Assembly: GCF_006345805.1 (NCBI RefSeq)
Contig: NC_043000.1
Coordinates: 22,878,001-22,942,000 of the forward strand
Source: Octopus sinensis
Lineage: Eukaryota
DNA length: 64,000 nt
Direction: 5' to 3'
How positions within the stretch are numbered: position 1 is the first letter of the stretch; every line of letters begins with the position of its first letter. The notes under the pieces were generated by a model. It had not been told where the DNA came from. It did no database searches and saw only the letters and a program-made list of their open reading frames with translations. This document shows positions 13,448 through 25,830 of this stretch, in pieces. A program made the position numbers and the translations under genes.

Positions 13448-13710
13448 TTAACTAAGCGATCTATATATATATATATATATATCGCTTAGTTAATATATAT
13501 ATACATTAACTAAGCGATATATATATATATAGGGAAGGAGGGTTTAACGTTTCGAGCGGAGCTCTTCGTCGGAAACAAGGAGAAGGAAAGATCCCAAGAA
13601 AGGAAGACAGAGGAAAAAATATTTTTGCTGGTGGTGCTCAAGAGATCACATATACATACTTACACCACCACACACACACACATATATATATGACATATAT
13701 AAACATATAT
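11590..13710. repeat. Inverted pair of a hammerhead-like repeat (arms ~11590-11778 and 13531-13710)
   Basis: GTGATCTCTTGAGCACC...GAAACGTTAAACCCTCCTTCCCT is present in both orientations and essentially identical. Confidence 0.85.
12985..13215 (-). mobile_element. SINE family A
   Basis: Reverse complement of the family A consensus; 3' end abuts (TA)n. Confidence 0.85.
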
Positions 13711-13714
13711 ATAT

Positions 13715-13774
<60 letters not shown>

Positions 13775-15524
13775 CGCTTAGTTAATGTTTGAGCATCAGC
13801 TGAAGGCTTGCATAAAAATACGTTAAAAGGTTCAGTTTGACAGAAAAACTTAGACGCTGAATGTGAATTATCATAAAAGACTGGAGATCCAGCGATCCAG
13901 CGATCGCATATATCATGGGAAGGTATCAATCATGGAGAAATTATCGATCATTTCGTATTTCACATTCCATTATAATCCACTTTGTAGCATTAAAGTAATT
14001 TCAATAAGTTTTACTACCATCCTCCCCATGGATACTAGAAAATTCTCTTTTCTGTTTTAGCGGCACAACTCTGATATTAATCTCCATGGTTTGTACCTGT
14101 GACACTTAAACATTAAAAATAAGAATAAAAATCCAAAACCCTAATGTTTTTGGATGTGTACTGACAATGTCAAACCACAATGGAAGCTTTGAATTGGATA
14201 ACATCAGCAGAACAATTTAGTAACTGATGCTGCGTGAGAGCTTCTCTTGGAAGCCATCTAAATAATTAAACGTTCTGTTTTATACAATCACACTGCTTAT
14301 ACAAACAGTGAAAAGGTAGTCTCGTTAGGTAGTCTCTGCTTCCTGGTAAAGGAAATCGTACTGGCCCTTGCACTACACTCTACAATCAAAAGATATAACT
14401 TATTCCCTTCGAGTTGATAGCACAAAATATAAAGGCATAATTCAACCTTGATAAAAATAATTACAATATCCGTAAGATAAAAACTGCTTTAATGGATACA
14501 GAACTGAAGTAGGTTGACACATGCACATAATGAAACAGGTTAACGAATAAAGGTTCCAGGAAGAAAACAAAAAGAGCTGCACATTTTTCTGTTAGAGATG
14601 CATCTCCACTTAATGGACAGTATCTGCATTACATAAAAATGGAAATAAATAGCAGCTTTTTACGAAGGTTAACAAGGACAAGAGATTCAATAAGTGGAAG
14701 GTTTATGACGCTCCGAATCCAGCGAGGAAAGTAGCGCTCGATTATTTGTCTTCGGAGTAATCACTAACTTTGCCATCTGAGGAAAGGTTAGCGATTGCTT
14801 CCAAAACTGTTTTGCGAAACCTTTTCAGATATTCCAAACAAAGCATATGAAAATTCCCTTCTAGGCATGGATTTATCTTCAATCAAGACAAATAATATAA
14901 GACTTCAATGATTTTATAGAGAATACAATCACGCTCGTATCTGAAAAACACACCGTAAATGGACCCTCTGGAAGCTGTTAGGAACACAGGAACACATTTT
15001 CTGGTTTGCAGCAAAGGAATTATCGTGATCTTGTATCTGAAACTCGAGAATATGTCTGAAAAACCTTTGCTAGAATCGTATTTACAGGAAGGAAGAGCAG
15101 GAACAAAGATTTCAGTTCAATGCATACCTGATGACTGCAATAGAGGTCAGATTGTAACAAGTTTTTGTAACATTCATAAAATTATAAATAAAAAATTCGT
15201 CAATACACTCCCCCTTCAAAATAGAAATAATCCAAGCACCAACTTATAAATACTAACACATAAATTCTTTGCGATTCGGCTGCTATTATTAGCAACTACG
15301 TAGAAGCTCTTCCGTCGGCTTTTCTTTTACTTGCTTCAGTTTTTGGACTAAGGCCATGCTGGGGCACAACCTTGAAGGGTTTTAGTCAAGCGATTCGACC
15401 AAAGTACCGTTTTTTTAAAGTCAAGTACTTATTCTATCAGTGTCTTTGCAGAACCGCTAAGTTAATGGGATATAAGCATACTAACATCGGTTATAACGTG
15501 GTGTGGGGGACAAACTCAAAGACT

Positions 15525-15570
<46 letters not shown>

Positions 15571-15581
15571 GTGTGCGTGTG

Positions 15582-15616
<35 letters not shown>

Positions 15617-15621
<5 letters not shown>

Positions 15622-17289
15622 AAATAAGGAAATGGAGAAATACATCGAAATCAAATATCAATTACCAGATAATACTCTATCACATACTTTATTAAACCAC
15701 TACATAAGAAACTATAAGGTTGAACATAATAATGCAGGGTAAAGCAGTGTACATGAAGGGGTGTACATAAAATAGTAATGTTATACAATAAGTAGAATAC
15801 GTATAATAGAACATAAATATAAGTACACATAAATATAAATATAGACTATATCTTACAGCTGTTTCGGCCATGTAGATAAGCATGTCTCATTCAACTCATA
15901 TTAGCCATTTATGGTAGGTCAATATGTAGTTATAAATGAGACATTTACAAAAACATCCTAAGGCCTCTTCGGAGATTACAAATTAGATTACATACATACT
16001 TATATAGGTGTGGGTATATACCCATAATAAAACATATACATATACATATGAGTGCATATACTCATACTCATATACATATAAATATAAATATACATAATGA
16101 TATAAATATACATAATGATATAAATAATAAAAATTAATAAACATACATATGCTCCACATTCAACGTTACAGTTTTTCAACTTAATGTTGTGATAATTACA
16201 ATGTAGAAGAAAAAACATACACATATTAATACCTAAATGCAGATATAGAGAGTCAATGTTACTTTCTATTAGTTCCTATTAATTTACAAAATGTCATTAA
16301 TGCTAGCATCATTATCATTGTCGTTACTACTAATGCTACCAATATCATCATTCATATTATTATCAATAACGCTAATATTAGAGAAACAATACATAAATTC
16401 ATTATTAACAATATAGTCACAATATTATTACAAAACCGTGCAAAGTGTTATATATCCGCATATACATACGAAATAAGAAGTACCACGGTTTTGTAATAAT
16501 ATTGTGACTATATTGTTAATAATGAATTTATGTATTGTTTCTCTAATATTAGCGTTATTGATAATAATATGAATGATGATATTGGTAGCATTAGTAGTAA
16601 CGACAATGATAATGATGCTAGCATTAATGACATTTTGTAAATTAATAGGAACTAATAGAAAGTAACATTGACTCTCTATATCTGCATTTAGATAATAATA
16701 TGTGTATGTTTTTTCTTCTACATTGTAATTATCACAACATTAAGTTGAAAAACTGTAACGTTGAATGTGGAGCATATGTATGTTTATTAATTTTTATTAT
16801 TTATATCATTATGTATATTTATATTTATATGTATATGAGTATGAGTATATGCACTCATATGTATATGTATATGTTTTATTATGGGTATATACCCACACCT
16901 ATATAAGTATGTATGTAATCTAATTTGTAATCTCCGAAGAGGCCTTAGGATGTTTTTGTAAATGTCTCATTTATAACTACATATTGACCTACCATAAATG
17001 GCTAATATGAGTTGAATGAGACATGCTTATCTACATGGCCGAAACAGCTGTAAGATAGAGTCTATATTTATATTTATGTGTACTTATATTTATGTTCTAT
17101 TATACGTATTCTACTTATTGTATAACATTACTATTTTATGTACACTCCTTCATGTACACTGCTTTACCCTGCATTATTATGTTCAACCGTATAGTTTCTT
17201 ATGTAGTGGTTTAATAAAGTATGTGATAAAGTATTATCTGGTAATTGATATTTGATTTCGATGTATTTCTCCATTTTCTTATTTTGTAT
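15617..17289. repeat. Near-perfect ~810-bp inverted repeat with a 43-bp spacer
   Basis: 15617-16440 versus 16484-17289; an 18-bp duplication in the left arm and a few substitutions. Confidence 0.95.
16930..17056 (+). ncRNA. Type I hammerhead ribozyme-like motif with extended stem II (mirror copy on the minus strand at 15850-15976)
   Basis: ATCT-CCGAAGA-GGCC..(92 nt)..GGCC-GAAA-CAGCTG-TA-AGAT; core deviates from CUGANGA at U4 (C). Confidence 0.6.
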
Positions 17290-18173
17290 TATGAATTTGT
17301 GGTAAAACATTTTACCTTTGCCCATATAATACAATAAATGAATTAATTGTATCGCAATTCTTAACATTTATGTATTAACTTTGTTGGGTACCTCACTAGC
17401 AGTATATTGGATATATGGTATCCCATGGTGGGTTGCATTTACAACCCCTATCTCAATTTGTATATATATATATATTTTATAATTATATACATAATAATAA
17501 CAAGAGCTTAACTTGTGCCTCACCATGCACTGAAAAATAGGCGTCAAAAGACACTATGACCACCATAAATTGAACTCGGAACGTAAAACCAAGTAAATGC
17601 TGCTCAGCGTTTTGTCCGGCGCGCTAACGATTCAGCCAGCTCACTGCCTTACATATCACCATAACAACAACAGGATAAGAATGAGTGTGTCATCAGTTTG
17701 TAAATCATATAGTCACACAGTGATGGCGGACGTGTTGAAATATTTATTTGTTTAATAACCCTGTAACTAAAATATCACTTACATGTATACATACGTTTTA
17801 GTTTTAAATAAATGCTTATAGACATAACCTTTCTATAACATGATATTCCAGGGAAATTTTCTTTCGAAGTCTCATCGGTCATCCAAAAACCCAAGATGTC
17901 ACAGCTGATGAGCGTGTCATAGGTTCGCCCTCTCTAGCCTACATCGCCTGTTTTAACCATGAAATGGGTGAGAAAGATGGAGAAATAAGAGAGACAGATG
18001 CCGGCCTAGTCGTGGTGTGGAGGAGACACTGAAATAGATCGACTTCATGCAGCCTATCTCTAACAAGTGAGCTTGACACAACCTATCTCCTTGCCATCTA
18101 TATTCATGGTAGGGACTGGAATCGGCATAACAATTTAACAAATACCCCTGAAACGAATGTGAATAGGTGTAAC

Positions 18174-18634
18174 CAGGGCGGGATTAAGACCCATAGAGGC
18201 CCTGAGCACTTAAAAGTTTTCGGTGCCCTCAAGTATTTGTAAATGGTTCAAAATGTAAATAAAAATCATTCAAAATGTAAATGATAATAAACCATAAAAT
18301 AAATTTTTATTTTTCAAAATGAAACAAAATTCACAGTAAGATGGAAAATAATGTTTATTTTTGTATACTTCCATTTTATTTATATTCGAAAAGTTTTCTC
18401 CTTCATTTCTTTTTTTTTTTTAATTGCAAAATGTTCTATGACATCGTTAAAATTAATTTTACGTAAAACTTCTGCTTCTATACTTAGTAGAGATAAAGAA
18501 TTACGAATATCATTTTAGCAAGTTTAAATTGATTTCTTTCGTGCCGTAAACCATCTTCATTTCTGTGGTGCCCCCTCCTTCCCTTGATGGCCTAAGCACG
18601 AGCTCGTTTTGTTTAATGGGTTAATCCAGCACTA
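18174..18634. mobile_element. hAT-type MITE
   Basis: 14-bp imperfect TIRs (CAGGGCGGGATTAA / TTAATCCAGCACTA); 8-bp TSD GGTGTAAC at 18166-18173 and 18635-18642. Confidence 0.8.
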
Positions 18635-18771
18635 GGTGTAACCACTAGACAGCATAAGAAGTGAAGTTTTATAAATATCTTTAAAGATAAAATTTGTTGA
18701 GTCGTGTTGAATATGAGCTTCTTCTGAGGGCCATTAGTGATATGGTTGGACAGATAAATTACTGGGAATTA

Positions 18772-19185
18772 AGGCGGTGAGCTGGCAGAATCGTTAGCAT
18801 GCCGGGCGAAATGCTCAGCGGTATTTCGTCTGCCGTTACGTTCTGAGTTCAAATTCCGCCGAGGTCGACTTTGCCTTTCATCCTTTCGGGGTCGATAAAT
18901 TAAGTACCAGTTGTGTACTGAGGTCAATGTAATCGACTTGATCCGTTTGTCTGCCCTTGTTTGTCCTCTTTGTGTTTAGCCTCTTGTGGGTAGTAAAGAA
19001 ATAGGTATTTCGTCTGCCGTTACGTTCTGAGTTCAAATTCCGCCGAGGTCGACTTTGCCTTTCATCCTTTTGGGGTCGATAAATAAAGTACCAGTTTCGC
19101 ACTGGGGTCGATGTAATCGACTTAATCCGTTTGTCTGTCCTTGTTTGTCCCCTCTATGTTTAGCCCCTTGTGGGCTGTAAAGGAA
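18772..19185 (+). mobile_element. SINE family A, partial tandem dimer
   Basis: Full copy followed by a second copy restarting at GGTATTTCGTCTGCC. Confidence 0.88.
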
Positions 19186-19739
19186 TATATATATTGCTGG
19201 GAATCGAAACCACTTCCCGAAATACTAAATTTAATCTCCAATTCTGTTAACAACATTTAATCGTTCTATTTTGAAGAATATGCGATAAAATCTACTGCAG
19301 ACGCAAACCCAACATAATGGCTTGGGACAGAAAATAAACATTATCTACTACCCGGCAGATGTGAACATTCCTTTCAAAATCGGTGAGAAATAGATTATGT
19401 ATGGACAACAATTTCGTATCTGTAAACATGGGCGTAAGTTGTTATGTTACTAAGTGTTTAAGTAATATAATCTTCAAAAGTTAGCGTTTTCAGACAAAAA
19501 TAAAAGAGAAACATCAAGCTTGTATTCTATACAAATAACTTCAAGTAGAACAGTGATAATATGAAAGATTTTTTTTCCTAAAATTCAGCATATAACCATC
19601 AACATTTGATTTAACCCATCGACAGTGCAACAAAATAGTATTCACTTCTTTTTTATATAGTTTATATATTTGTATTTCTCATGTTTTATGCAGTTCGAAA
19701 TTTTGTTTCATTTTACCATTTTTCTTTCAGCTGAACTAC

Positions 19740-20100
19740 AAGAATGGATAGCAATATGTTAACTTGTTACCATGATACAGCAAAATAGCTTTTGGAATCT
19801 TCTTCGATAAATCAATGAACATTTTCCATTCTTCGTGATTACGAGTAACATTGAAGTCTGCCATCAGACGATCGATGTCGCTGCAAGCTACAAAGGTCAC
19901 CTTCCATATTGAAAAAGGGAACAATTTTGAGGCTAAAACTCACATACTTCAAAGTTTTCAGCAAAATTTCAATGCTTCAGCAGAGAGACCTACAGTTCAG
20001 CCTTATTCTTTGATAGTGTTAAGTCTTTAAAAAGATCATTTTGTCCATTTTGCATTATCTTGTTCAGTTCAACAGATGTAAAAATTATGAAGAAAACCAG
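19740..20100 (-). pseudogene. Decayed DNA-transposase-like fragment (superfamily not assigned)
   Basis: NDLFKDLTLSKNKAEL and CSDIDRLM...EEWKMFIDLSKKIPKAILLYHGNK resemble the recurrent invertebrate transposon motif W(R/K)LFIDSSKxSLKAVLLHNGN. Confidence 0.55.
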
Positions 20101-20226
20101 TGACTTGTGAAATTTCACAGCTTTTGTCATCTTGGTAATCTTTCGACAGGGTACAACCTTCTAGCTAAAAATATGATAGCTAGGCGGCTTGAATCTCTTT
20201 TTATTTATATACAAAAAGATAAGGCA

Positions 20227-20243
20227 AATAGATAAATAAATAA

Positions 20244-20330
<87 letters not shown>

Positions 20331-20338
20331 GATAGATA
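20227..20338. repeat. (GATA)n microsatellite, left flank of the Tx1 element
   Basis: Directly visible. Confidence 0.95.
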
Positions 20339-22197
20339 AGTTTCTTTATTGGCCACACAGGGCTGCACACAGATGGGACAAGTTACAAGGTAGAGCTTTT
20401 CTTTTGGGGGAGAAAAAAAAAGATGGCGTAGGTTTTCGATCAAAAGGGATCGTAAAAGGGAAAAAAGAACAAAAAAAAGAAAAAAAGAAAAAAAAGGAAA
20501 AAAAGAAAGAAAAAAGGGAAAAGGACCAAAAGAAAAGAAAAATGAAGAAAGAAGACAAAAGAGGAAAAAAGGGGAAGAGTATAAAAAACGATTAATAGGG
20601 ATCGTGTATCACAGTGTCATGATGTATGGTGTAAAGGGGAAAGCAAGTAAGGTTTATCCGTGGGAAGAAAAGCCTACGAAAAAGACCACGGTAACCTTGG
20701 TCAATATTGTTATATGTTACCACATTTGTTTGCAAGTGGGTAACCCTCTGTTTTCAATTTCTGGATTCATAGGATTATGCTCAAGGTTGCATCGTCAATC
20801 ATACGTGCCATCCTTGCTACATTCACCCATCTTTTTTTAAAACGTTCGCTAGACAAAACTTGCCTCTCTACTCTCACTTTCTTTTTCAAGTGGTACTTGA
20901 AGAAGTTGATGAGAGGTTGACCAGAGAGGAATGTGTTTGTCTCCAATCCTTTCAGACGCGTCCACCAGATACATTCTTTCGCCATAGCCACAAGGATGAT
21001 GAAAATAGCTCTTCCTTCCCGTTTGAAGGAAGGAGGCGCGACAATATTGACGATAGACTCAGCTGATAAACCGACTCGTCCCACACGTGACAGCAGTTGT
21101 TCGACATAAGCCCACAGGTTGGAAATTGTTGGACACTGCACGAGTGCGTGCAGAACGGTTTCGTCGCTCTGACTGCATCTCGGGCAGGTTGGCCCCGTGT
21201 TTCTCGAGCCGTGTCTGTAGAGCTTATCCCGAACGGGTAGCGCTTCTCGGTAGCACTGCCAGGCCAGGGATCTCTAGAAGTTGTCCATGGGCCCTGGCAC
21301 GAAAGTCGTCCCGAACAGGCGGGTCAGGTATTCCTCGTCGACGTCCAGGTTCGCCCCGAGCTCGTCGTCGTACCTCCCCTCCACTAATCCCCTATAGAAT
21401 GCTTTGGTTGTGATGGAGTCACTCAAGGTTGATCCAGGACGACAGAGTTGCTTGAGAGCAACGCGACACTCGCGGTGCCATTCACCCTTCCTCGGCCTCT
21501 TTTTGATCCACGATTGCAGTTCGGTCATGGAGACGAGCTGCGGGAAAGCGTGCCTCACAAACGGCGACCACACCTGTTCACCGTCGTCTACGAAGAGCCT
21601 GAGATGTCGCAGTCTCAGCGCGTGTCTGCGCATCATCAACCACGGCATGCCCAGTCCTCCTTTTAACGGGTGTTGACAGCAAATGGATCGCCTGACCATC
21701 GGAACGCATCCTTTCCACAAGAAGCGAAAGAGAATGCGTTCTAGTTTGGTGATGGTAGGGTCGGGACAAGGCACGACGGTCAGGCGGTAGTAGATGACGG
21801 ACGCGATGTACGTGTTCGCCACCTTCGCCCGACCTTTTAGGGACAATTTCCTCTCGGCCCATTGCCGGGCGAGAGTGACCACCCTACTCGTTATCTCGTT
21901 CCAGTTCTTCTCCATTTGGAGGTCCGGACCGAACCAGACCCCGAGCAACTCGACCGGACCGTCGGTCCAGCGTCCCACAACGGCGGCGCTGGTGGACGGC
22001 ATGGGCTTGCTTCTCCAGGTGCCTAGTCGCAAGCCCACTGACTTTTCCCGGTTGATTTTTGCTCCTGTCACCGCTTCGTAGTTTTTCAGTGTCTCGCTGA
22101 CCTTCTCGATGTGCTCGTGGCTAGACACTATGACGGTGACGTCGTCCGCGTATGCAGACATGCTCGTCCCGCATCCCAGTTCTCGCGGGATGCCCGC
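20339..22197 (-). mobile_element. 5'-truncated Tx1/L1-clade non-LTR retrotransposon (RT C-terminal half, zf-RVT, 3' UTR)
   Basis: YADD, GAKINREKS, YLG-like LLGVWF, CPRCxxxxETVLHALVQC; one in-frame TAG at 21274-21276 splits ORF 21274..22161 from the C-terminus ending at 20767; 3' end AATAAAGAAA. Confidence 0.92.

Positions 22198-22257
<60 letters not shown>
22198..22257. repeat. (GATA)n microsatellite, right flank of the Tx1 element
   Basis: Directly visible. Confidence 0.95.
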
Positions 22258-22259
22258 GT

Positions 22260-22570
22260 GTATAAATCGATCCCAGGACTTATTCTTTGTTAGCCTAGAA
22301 CTTATTCTATCGGTCTCTGTTGCCGAACCGCTAAGTTACGGGGACGTAAACACACCAACAACGGTTGTCAAGCGATGATGGCGGGGACAAACACAGACGC
22401 ACAAATATACACACACATATATATATGTATCTACGACGGGTTTTTTTCAGTTTCCGTCTACCAAATCCACTAACAAGGCTTTGGTTGTCCTGAGGCTATA
22501 GTAGAAGACACTTGCCCAAGGTGCCACGCAGTGGGAATGAACCCGGAACCATGTGGTTCGTAAGCAAGCT

Positions 22571-22572
<2 letters not shown>
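22260..22572 (-). mobile_element. SINE family B (partial)
   Basis: Reverse complement of the family B head and body. Confidence 0.8.
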
Positions 22573-22624
<52 letters not shown>

Positions 22625-22632
22625 AAATAAGT

Positions 22633-23370
22633 TACGGGTTGTGGATCCAACCCTCTAGGGGATAATGCGTATCCAATATACCGTTGGTATACTACACAAA
22701 TTATTAATACACAGGTGTTTTTAATTGCAATGCAGTAAACTCACTTAGTGTATTAAATGGGTGAAGGTAAAGAAATATTTTACCATTAATTTATAATACA
22801 AATAAGAAAATGGAGAAACACATTAGTTGGTTTATCAGCTTTATGATATTAGAATGTTGTCTTATTTCATTAACAAAACTACAACCATAATAACATATAT
22901 ATACAGTATAAAATTCAATACATTTAAGATAAGAATACAAATAGTTATTAAAAGAACATTAATATAAATTGTTAGAATCATTAAAACCACTTACAGCTGT
23001 TTCGGCCTATGGAAAAAAGTAATTTTCTGTGCCTATACTTGTCAATTATATTGAGATTGTAGGCAGTTAAAAATGGGGTCCTTATATAGATCCATAGGCC
23101 TCGTCAGAGATTATAAAGTACTTTCAAAATTTAAATATATACATGAAACAGGATACACGTACAGTTTAATATATAAATATAAATATATATCCATATATAC
23201 ATGCACAAACATATATACATAAGCAAAATATATACACCTATACATGTACATAAATACATAAATAGGCACAATTAAACATCCGTACAAGCATATAGATAAT
23301 TAATCATATACATATATATATACACTGGAACATACACATACATCCATATTCATGAATACACATACAATAC

Positions 23371-23410
<40 letters not shown>

Positions 23411-23440
23411 TTATTAATAACAACAACAACAACAACAATG

Positions 23441-23488
<48 letters not shown>

Positions 23489-23570
23489 GATTCAGTGTAA
23501 TCTTCACTTCACAATACATATTATAGTAGATTCCAATATACCGTATACTACGATACAATATAAACAAATA
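22633..23570 (-). mobile_element. AT-rich non-coding hammerhead-bearing element related to 16484-17450
   Basis: Shares ATACAAA(A)TAAGAAAATGGAGAAA, TTACAGCTGTTTCGGCC and a terminal GGTTG-n6-CAACC hairpin with the 16.5-17.4 kb element. Confidence 0.65.
22987..23112 (-). ncRNA. Type I hammerhead ribozyme motif with canonical core
   Basis: CTGACGA-GGCCTATGG..(79 nt)..CCATAGGCC-GAAA-CAGCTG-TA; perfect 9-bp stem II; stem I only 2 bp by eye. Confidence 0.65.
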
Positions 23571-23611
23571 GTTACGAGAGATGTAATCTTCTCCCAAGTA
23601 ACCAGACAATT

Positions 23612-24058
23612 AATTCTGAGAAATGCTGCACACAACTGGACGAGTTAAAAGCAGCAATTCAAGAGAAACGTCCAGAATTGGCCAACAGGAAGGCTGTTGT
23701 TTTCCAACATGATAATGCAAGACCGCACGTTTCTTTGGAAACCAGACAAAAATTGCTGCAGCTCGGCTGGGATATGTTACCCCACCCTCAATATTCACCA
23801 GATATTGCTCCTTTGGATTTCCACTTATTCAGGTCTCTGCAGAATAGTCTTAATGGTAAAAATTTCAATTCCTTGGATGACGTAAAAGGATACCTTGATG
23901 AATTCTTTGCCATGAAACCACCTCAATTCTGGGAAGATGGAGACGCATTGTGCAACAAAATGGTTCATATTGGGTTGATTAAAAATGTAATGGCAAATAT
24001 TTATTGACCTTTTTCTTTCCTTTAAAATCGGCACAAACTTTCCGGACAACTCAAAATA
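23612..24058 (+). pseudogene. Mariner transposase C-terminal fragment with 3' end
   Basis: KRPELANRKAVVFQHDNARPH...LPHPQYSPDIAPLDFHLFRSLQNSL (D,D34D-type region), truncated after FWEDG. Confidence 0.9.
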
Positions 24059-24805
24059 TATTTTATATATACTCGTATTTTTGCATGAGTATGTCTGCAT
24101 TAACATTATTTATATTAATTATGATTAACTATATTTTTTATAACTGTGTGTATATTTTTAACTATAATGGTATATCGTATTCTTCCTGTTCTTATGTTTT
24201 CATTTTGTTTAAAATATGATCAATTTCTTTGTACATCCTTTCCTGAAGATATTCTCAATTGTGATAATTAACCAAATTAATTTAGTTAAATTAAATTAAA
24301 CTTGGTTCATTTTTATATTGAAAGTCATGAATTGAAACAATTGTAGGTCTGGTCACCGAATTTAGAAATAGCAGTCAAAGAGTTATGGCTATTCTTTCTA
24401 CTTAAAAGAGAGATCTCAGTAAAACCACAGCACTTAAAAGGCAAACAACGCAGGTAAAAGAGAAAGAAATGACGACAATCATTCTATATTAAGTCACCTA
24501 CGAACGTACGTTTCGAAATTAAGTCATAGGAAAGCATAAAAATTAAATAATTATGTCTTACCCGACTACTTTTCTCCTCAGTGTAGGACTCTACAATTAT
24601 AGATAATTGTGTATTAAATTTGGAGGCACTAGAAGACATCACCTCAACTCATGGTATCAGAGCGAGCGTAAGCCGTGACCAGTACCACCAAATTCAAAGT
24701 GTGAATGACAGTATGTGTCACCATCCTCCTCCCACCAGCGTGCTGCCAGAATAAGATATTGCGGCTATTTACTGGGATGAAATATGGTTATCAATAATAA
24801 TATAT

Positions 24806-25684
<879 letters not shown>

Positions 25685-25689
25685 ATTTT

Positions 25690-25830
25690 CAAAAAACAAA
25701 AGACGAAGACAGGTGTATAAACAACAAACAGGTGTAATAGTTTAACGCTCGGGAAGGTGAGAAAGTCTTTTACGTTTCGAGCCTACGCTCTTCAACAGAA
25801 AGGAACACGATAAAATAGAGAGAGAATAAA
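25690..25830 (-). repeat. Hammerhead-like repeat (second copy at 31280-31420)
   Basis: CTTT-CTGTTGA-A-GAGC-GTAG-GCTC-GAAA-CG-TA-AAAG at 25802-25767; CTGTCGA variant at 31393-31358. Confidence 0.55.

Noticed and set aside
13900-15250. Non-repetitive-looking stretch with a 96-aa ORF (14959..15249)
   Set aside because: No recognisable domain or splice-consistent exons; probably decayed transposon or intergenic DNA.
17905-17940. CTGATGAGCG...CGC as a hammerhead
   Set aside because: There is no GAAA after the putative stem II.
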